64,000 nucleotides of DNA from Candidatus Multivoradales bacterium (GTDB lineage Bacteria; Acidobacteriota; Thermoanaerobaculia; Multivoradales; J023): positions 3,040,001 to 3,104,000 of the forward strand of contig CBDFLE010000006.1 of assembly GCA_965248925.1 (NCBI GenBank), given 5' to 3'. Below the pieces are notes generated by a model. The model searched no databases. It was not told the DNA's origin and saw nothing but the letters and a program-made list of their open reading frames with translations. Position numbers and translations under genes: made by a program. Below, piece by piece: positions 59,964-64,000 of the stretch (positions are counted from its first letter, which is position 1; each line of letters begins with the position of its first letter).

Positions 59964-60815
59964 ATGTTTCCTGCCAATTTCGACTATCACCGGGTGGACA
60001 ATGTCGCCGCCGCCGTTCGCCTGCTCGGCCAGAACCCCGACGCCAAGTTGCTGGCTGGTGGGCACAGCTTGATCCCGATGATGAAGTTCCGCCTGGCGGC
60101 TCCCTCGGCGTTGATCGACATCGGTCGCATCGCTGCTTTGCGTGGGGTTAGCGAGGCCGACGGGCGCATCCGCATTGGCGCGCTGACCACCCACGCGGAG
60201 GTGGCGGCGTCTGGATTGCTGCTCCAGCGTTGTCCGATGCTCGCCGAGACGGCGCACAAGATCGCCGATCCGGCGGTGCGCAACAAGGGCACGGTGGGGG
60301 GCAACATTGCTCACGCCGATCCCGCGTCCGACCTGCCGGCGGTGCTGGTAGCGCTCGGCGCCACGGTGCATCTGGAGGGGCCTGATGGGCTGCGGCAAGT
60401 AGCGGCGGCCGACTTCTTCACCGGTCTGCTCGAGAGCGATGTCCGCGCCGACGAGGTGTTGATCGCCATCGATTTTGCTTGGCGAAAGCCTGGTGCTGCC
60501 GGGGTCTATCTGAAAGTCGAGAACCCAGCTTCCGGCTACGCGGTCTGCGGTGCTGCGGCGATAGTTCGCGCCGGTGTCGCTTCCGCGCTGTGCTTCAACG
60601 GCATCACCGCCACCCCGCTGGTGGCCACCGCGGTCTGCGACGCCCTGGCTGGCTCGGACCTGTCCGACGCCGCCATCGCTAGCGCGGTCGACCAGCATCT
60701 GGCGGTCGCCGAGCCCCTGTACGATCTACACGCCTCGGGTGAATACCGCGTACACCTGGCCAAGACCTACGGCCAGCGGGCGCTGCGAGCAGCCCGTGAT
60801 CTGGCCCGCGGCTAA
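59964..60815 (+). CDS. coxM: FAD-binding medium subunit (CoxM/CutM)
   Basis: [12 protein letters not shown] and [19 protein letters not shown]. Confidence 0.9.
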   Translation: MFPANFDYHRVDNVAAAVRLLGQNPDAKLLAGGHSLIPMMKFRLAAPSALIDIGRIAALRGVSEADGRIRIGALTTHAEVAASGLLLQRCPMLAETAHKIADPAVRNKGTVGGNIAHADPASDLPAVLVALGATVHLEGPDGLRQVAAADFFTGLLESDVRADEVLIAIDFAWRKPGAAGVYLKVENPASGYAVCGAAAIVRAGVASALCFNGITATPLVATAVCDALAGSDLSDAAIASAVDQHLAVAEPLYDLHASGEYRVHLAKTYGQRALRAARDLARG

Positions 60816-61723
60816 TGGCTAAAGGGGTCGTCGAGTCGGTCGACGACCTGCGACAGAGGTTGAGCGAAGCGGGCTATCTCGCCGAACATAGCCTCGCCAC
60901 CGCCGCTTTTCTGGCGCTGCGTTTGCAGCGCCCTCTTCTGCTTGAAGGCGAAGCCGGGGTCGGCAAGACCGAATTGGCCAAGGCGTTGGCGGCGGTGCTC
61001 GGTGGTCGGCTGATCCGCCTGCAATGCTACGAAGGGCTCGATATCTCAGCGGCGGTCTACGAGTGGGACTACGCCCGCCAGCTGCTGGAGCTACGTTTGT
61101 TGGAGGCCGCCGGCAAGGTCGATCCAGCGACCGCTCGGCAACAGCTCTTCGGCGCCGATTTCCTGCTCGAACGACCGCTGTTGCAAGCTCTGCGCAACGG
61201 CGATGGGCCGCCGCCGGTGCTGCTGATCGATGAGCTGGATCGCGCCGACGAGGAATTCGAGGCATTCCTACTGGAGATCCTCTCCGACTTCCAGATCACC
61301 ATTCCCGAACTTGGCACCTTGGTTGCCGAACGACCGCCGGTGGTGGTGCTGACCTCCAACCGCACCCGCGAAGTCCACGACGCGCTGCGCCGCCGCTGTC
61401 TCTACCACTGGATCGACTATCCCCCCTTCGACAAAGAGCTGCGAATCGTCCAGGCGAAAGTCCCCGACGCCGCCGCCGGTCTGCACCGACAAGTGGTCGA
61501 ATTCGTCCACCTTCTACGTCAAGAAGACCTCTACAAACGCCCCGGCGTGGCCGAGACCCTGGACTGGGCCCAAGCGTTGGTCGCCCTCGACCACAAGGCG
61601 CTAGATCCGGAAGCGATCGGCTCAACCCTGGGGGCGTTGCTCAAGTACCAGGACGACATCGAGCAAGTCCGCGGCGCCACGGTCGAGCGCGCCCTGGTGC
61701 GAATAGGAGCAGCAGATCCCTGA
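60815..61723 (+). CDS. coxD: MoxR-family AAA+ ATPase (CoxD-like)
   Basis: GEAGVGKT, LQCYEG, LIDELDRAD and TSNRTRE. Confidence 0.9.
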   Translation: MAKGVVESVDDLRQRLSEAGYLAEHSLATAAFLALRLQRPLLLEGEAGVGKTELAKALAAVLGGRLIRLQCYEGLDISAAVYEWDYARQLLELRLLEAAGKVDPATARQQLFGADFLLERPLLQALRNGDGPPPVLLIDELDRADEEFEAFLLEILSDFQITIPELGTLVAERPPVVVLTSNRTREVHDALRRRCLYHWIDYPPFDKELRIVQAKVPDAAAGLHRQVVEFVHLLRQEDLYKRPGVAETLDWAQALVALDHKALDPEAIGSTLGALLKYQDDIEQVRGATVERALVRIGAADP

Positions 61724-61734
61724 ATCGTTCTGAG

Positions 61735-62127
61735 CTAGCGGGTCAGGATTGATAGCTGTTCGGCGGCGACTAGCTTCTGGTCCACCGTGACGAGGGTCAA
61801 GTCATAGACCAAGGCCGTTGCTGCGATGAAGTGGTCGGCTGGGTCGTTGTGCGGCAAACTCAAAGTCGACACTGTTTTGGCCACTTCGAAATTGCAGGCG
61901 GCCTCTCTCATCGGTACCGACTCGAAAACGCAGTGGGTCCATTCTTGAAATGAACCCTGGACCCGGAGGCGGCCTTTTTGGACCAGGATCCATGTTTCCC
62001 AGAGGGTTATGGGTGCCAGACAGCATCGGCCAACAGCGTCTTCGATGGCATTTCTTAGGCTCTGCGGCAAGTCCTTGGAACCCAAAACGTACCAGATTCA
62101 AATATGAGTATCGAGTAGCAGGCGCAC
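61735..62127 (-). pseudogene. vapC: VapC/PIN toxin interrupted by an in-frame TGA at codon 10
   Basis: GTG at 62127 reads VRLLLDTHI*IWYVLG...; the frame continues through ITLWET, HNDPADHFIAATA and LVTVD. Confidence 0.8.
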
Positions 62128-62366
62128 TAGCGCAGTGCCTTCCAGTCCTTTTCGGGCAGCGGGCTCACGATATCCCCCAGCACCTCTGCCGTTCCTTTCA
62201 TACAACCAAAGAGGCTCTTGCCTTTTGGCTCGGGCCTCGGCGGTGGTTGGATTTGGGCCACCGGTTTGCCACGTCGGGTTACGAGGATCGGCTCACCCGT
62301 CTTGCGTACTCTCTCGAGAGTTGCCAGGCAAGTTGCTTTGAAATGAGAGATAGCGATCATTTCCAT
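62127..62366 (-). CDS. Phd/YefM-family antitoxin
   Basis: ISHFKATCLATLERVRKTGEPILVTRRGKPVA; its TAG overlaps the vapC GTG. Confidence 0.9.
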   Translation of the reverse strand: MEMIAISHFKATCLATLERVRKTGEPILVTRRGKPVAQIQPPPRPEPKGKSLFGCMKGTAEVLGDIVSPLPEKDWKALR

Positions 62367-62380
62367 AAGCTCAAGCTACT

Positions 62381-62400
62381 ATGGTCCGATCATATGGTCA
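62381..62400. promoter_or_regulatory. Putative antitoxin operator
   Basis: ATGGTC twice plus the imperfect palindrome CGATCAT-ATGGTCA just upstream of the antitoxin ATG. Confidence 0.5.
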
Positions 62401-62475
62401 ACTGCTTGGCGACGCCAAAGCGAGGTCGATACCCGAGAGCCCGCGCCGGCAGGGGGAAGGGAGTACCATATCTAA

Positions 62476-63684
62476 ATGACCATCGATACGTCAGCGGCAG
62501 GGGGCCACCTCTTGCACAATGTCGTGGTCTTCGTTCGTCTGCTGCGCCAGATGGGCTTGCCGGTAGGGCCACCACAGGTGCAGGCGTTGGTCGAGGCGTT
62601 GGGCCAGGTCGACCTCGGGTCGCGGGCCGAGGTGCGGGCGGCGGCGCGGGCGGTGTTGGTCGGGCGGCGCTCGGAGTTGGGGCTTTTCGACAGGGTGTTC
62701 GAACTCTTTTGGCGGGCCGGGCAAGAGGGAGCGGATCTCGGGATTGGCAGCGGCAGCTTCTTGCGCCGGGCCAGACGTGCGGCAGCACAGACCCTAGCCC
62801 ACTCGCCCGCAGCGGACGGCTCGGCGCCGCAGATCGAGTCGCTGGAGACCGTGGTCGAGAAGCACTTCACCTACAGCGACCGCGAGCTGCTGCGGCACAA
62901 GGACTTTGCCGAACTCACCCGCGAGGAACATTTGCAAGTGCGCCAGCTGTTGCGCCGGGGTGCTTTACAGCTGGCTCCGCGTCGCTGTCGCCGCCGGGTG
63001 GCGTCCCAGCGCGGAGCCACTTTCGATTTGCGGCGCTCGTTGCGTCGCTCGCTAGCTTATGGCGGCGAGCTGATCGATCTGGCGTGGCGCGAGCGCAAGC
63101 TGCGCCGCCGGCCATTGGTGGTGTTGTGCGACATCAGCGGTTCGATGGAGCCCTATGCGCGCCTCTTTCTGGAGTTGATCTACTCCCTGAGAACCGCCAC
63201 CGACCGGCTGGAGGCGTTTGTCTTCGCTACTCGACTGACCCGCATCACCCTTCAATTGCAGCATCGCGATGTCGATCAGGCGTTGCGCCGGGCGGCGGCG
63301 GTGGTGGTCGATTGGGGCGGCGGCACACGCATTGGCGAGTCGATCAAACGGTTTAACTTTGATTGGGCGCGGCGGGTGCTCGGCCACGGCGCGGTGGTGA
63401 TGGTGATCAGCGATGGCTGGGATCGGGGCGAGGTCGATTTGTTGCAGCGCGAGGTGGCACGATTGGCGCGTAACTCGAGTCGGCTGATGTGGCTCAATCC
63501 GCTGCTCGGCAGCGCCGGCTACGAACCTCTGACCCGAGGGATCCGGGCGGTCTTGCCGCATGTGGACGATTTTCTACCGCTGCATAATTTGGCCAGCCTG
63601 GAGCAGCTGGCCGAACAGCTGCGGCGACTCGATCATCCGACCCGTCGGCCAGCGGGTCATCGAGGAGAGGCCAGACATGCGTGA
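62476..63684 (+). CDS. coxE: VWA-domain protein (CoxE-like)
   Basis: MIDAS motif CDISGSM, WGGGTRIG, ISDGWD and WLNPL. Confidence 0.9.
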   Translation: MTIDTSAAGGHLLHNVVVFVRLLRQMGLPVGPPQVQALVEALGQVDLGSRAEVRAAARAVLVGRRSELGLFDRVFELFWRAGQEGADLGIGSGSFLRRARRAAAQTLAHSPAADGSAPQIESLETVVEKHFTYSDRELLRHKDFAELTREEHLQVRQLLRRGALQLAPRRCRRRVASQRGATFDLRRSLRRSLAYGGELIDLAWRERKLRRRPLVVLCDISGSMEPYARLFLELIYSLRTATDRLEAFVFATRLTRITLQLQHRDVDQALRRAAAVVVDWGGGTRIGESIKRFNFDWARRVLGHGAVVMVISDGWDRGEVDLLQREVARLARNSSRLMWLNPLLGSAGYEPLTRGIRAVLPHVDDFLPLHNLASLEQLAEQLRRLDHPTRRPAGHRGEARHA

Positions 63685-64000
63685 GGTAATGCCACAGATC
63701 GAGGCTTGGTTGGCCAGCGGCCAGCGGGTGGCCGTAGCGACGGTGGTCAAGGTGTGGGGCTCGGCGCCGCGTCCGTTGGGTTCAAAGATGGCGATCTCCA
63801 GCTCTGGCGAGATGGTTGGATCGGTCAGCGGCGGCTGTGTCGAAGGGGCGATCTTCGAGGAAGCCCAATCGGTGCTCGCTGACGGTCGTGCCAAGCTGGT
63901 GGGCTACGGTATCAGCAACGACCAAGCCTGGGCGATCGGCCTGTCCTGTGGCGGCCGCATCGAGGTGTTCATCGAGGCTCTGCCGCGGTCGGAGCGGGGC
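63677..64000 (+). CDS. XdhC/CoxF/CoxI-family Moco insertion protein (partial)
   Basis: ATG at 63677: VATVVKVWGSAPRPLG, GSVSGGCVE and GLSCGGRIEVF; runs off the window. Confidence 0.88.
   Translation, partial: MREVMPQIEAWLASGQRVAVATVVKVWGSAPRPLGSKMAISSSGEMVGSVSGGCVEGAIFEEAQSVLADGRAKLVGYGISNDQAWAIGLSCGGRIEVFIEALPRSERG

Noticed and set aside
62098-62100. Selenocysteine or genetic-code reassignment explaining the vapC TGA
   Set aside because: The position fits Trp rather than Cys, no convincing SECIS hairpin follows, and TGA terminates many genes in the window.

Overview
High-GC (roughly 65% by eye) bacterial chromosomal window. Gene content and order suggest Acidobacteriota, probably Thermoanaerobaculia; this is an inference from the murC-ftsQ-ftsA-ftsZ and mfd-ppiC-surA arrangements and from the XRE, TPR and carboxypeptidase-regulatory-like families. 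Most of it is housekeeping: ctaB-sco, an ALDH/APH-kinase/acyl-CoA dehydrogenase/TetR lipid-catabolic neighbourhood, an Fe3+-type ABC transporter plus MFS, initiator tRNA-Met, eno-ftsB, mfd, two PpiC/SurA chaperones, the dcw cluster (mraZ to ftsZ), a fused 2-oxoacid dehydrogenase E1, an ECF sigma/anti-sigma/PDZ operon, and a form II coxSLM-D-E-F molybdoenzyme cluster. Two type II toxin-antitoxin modules are inserted; the VapC of the second has an in-frame TGA at codon 10. The best candidate for an undescribed system is a three-gene cassette between ftsB and mfd (16178-19335) with its own AT-rich sigma70 promoter. It encodes a secreted 8-Cys peptide ending in a PDZ-ligand-like C-terminus (-LWV), a large secreted beta-sandwich protein, and a secreted stand-alone PDZ protein. 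Other non-coding signals are tandem NrdR-like boxes and six phased MraZ boxes upstream of dcw, two matching ECF promoters, and TetR and antitoxin operators. No CRISPR array, rRNA, integrase or transposase was seen.
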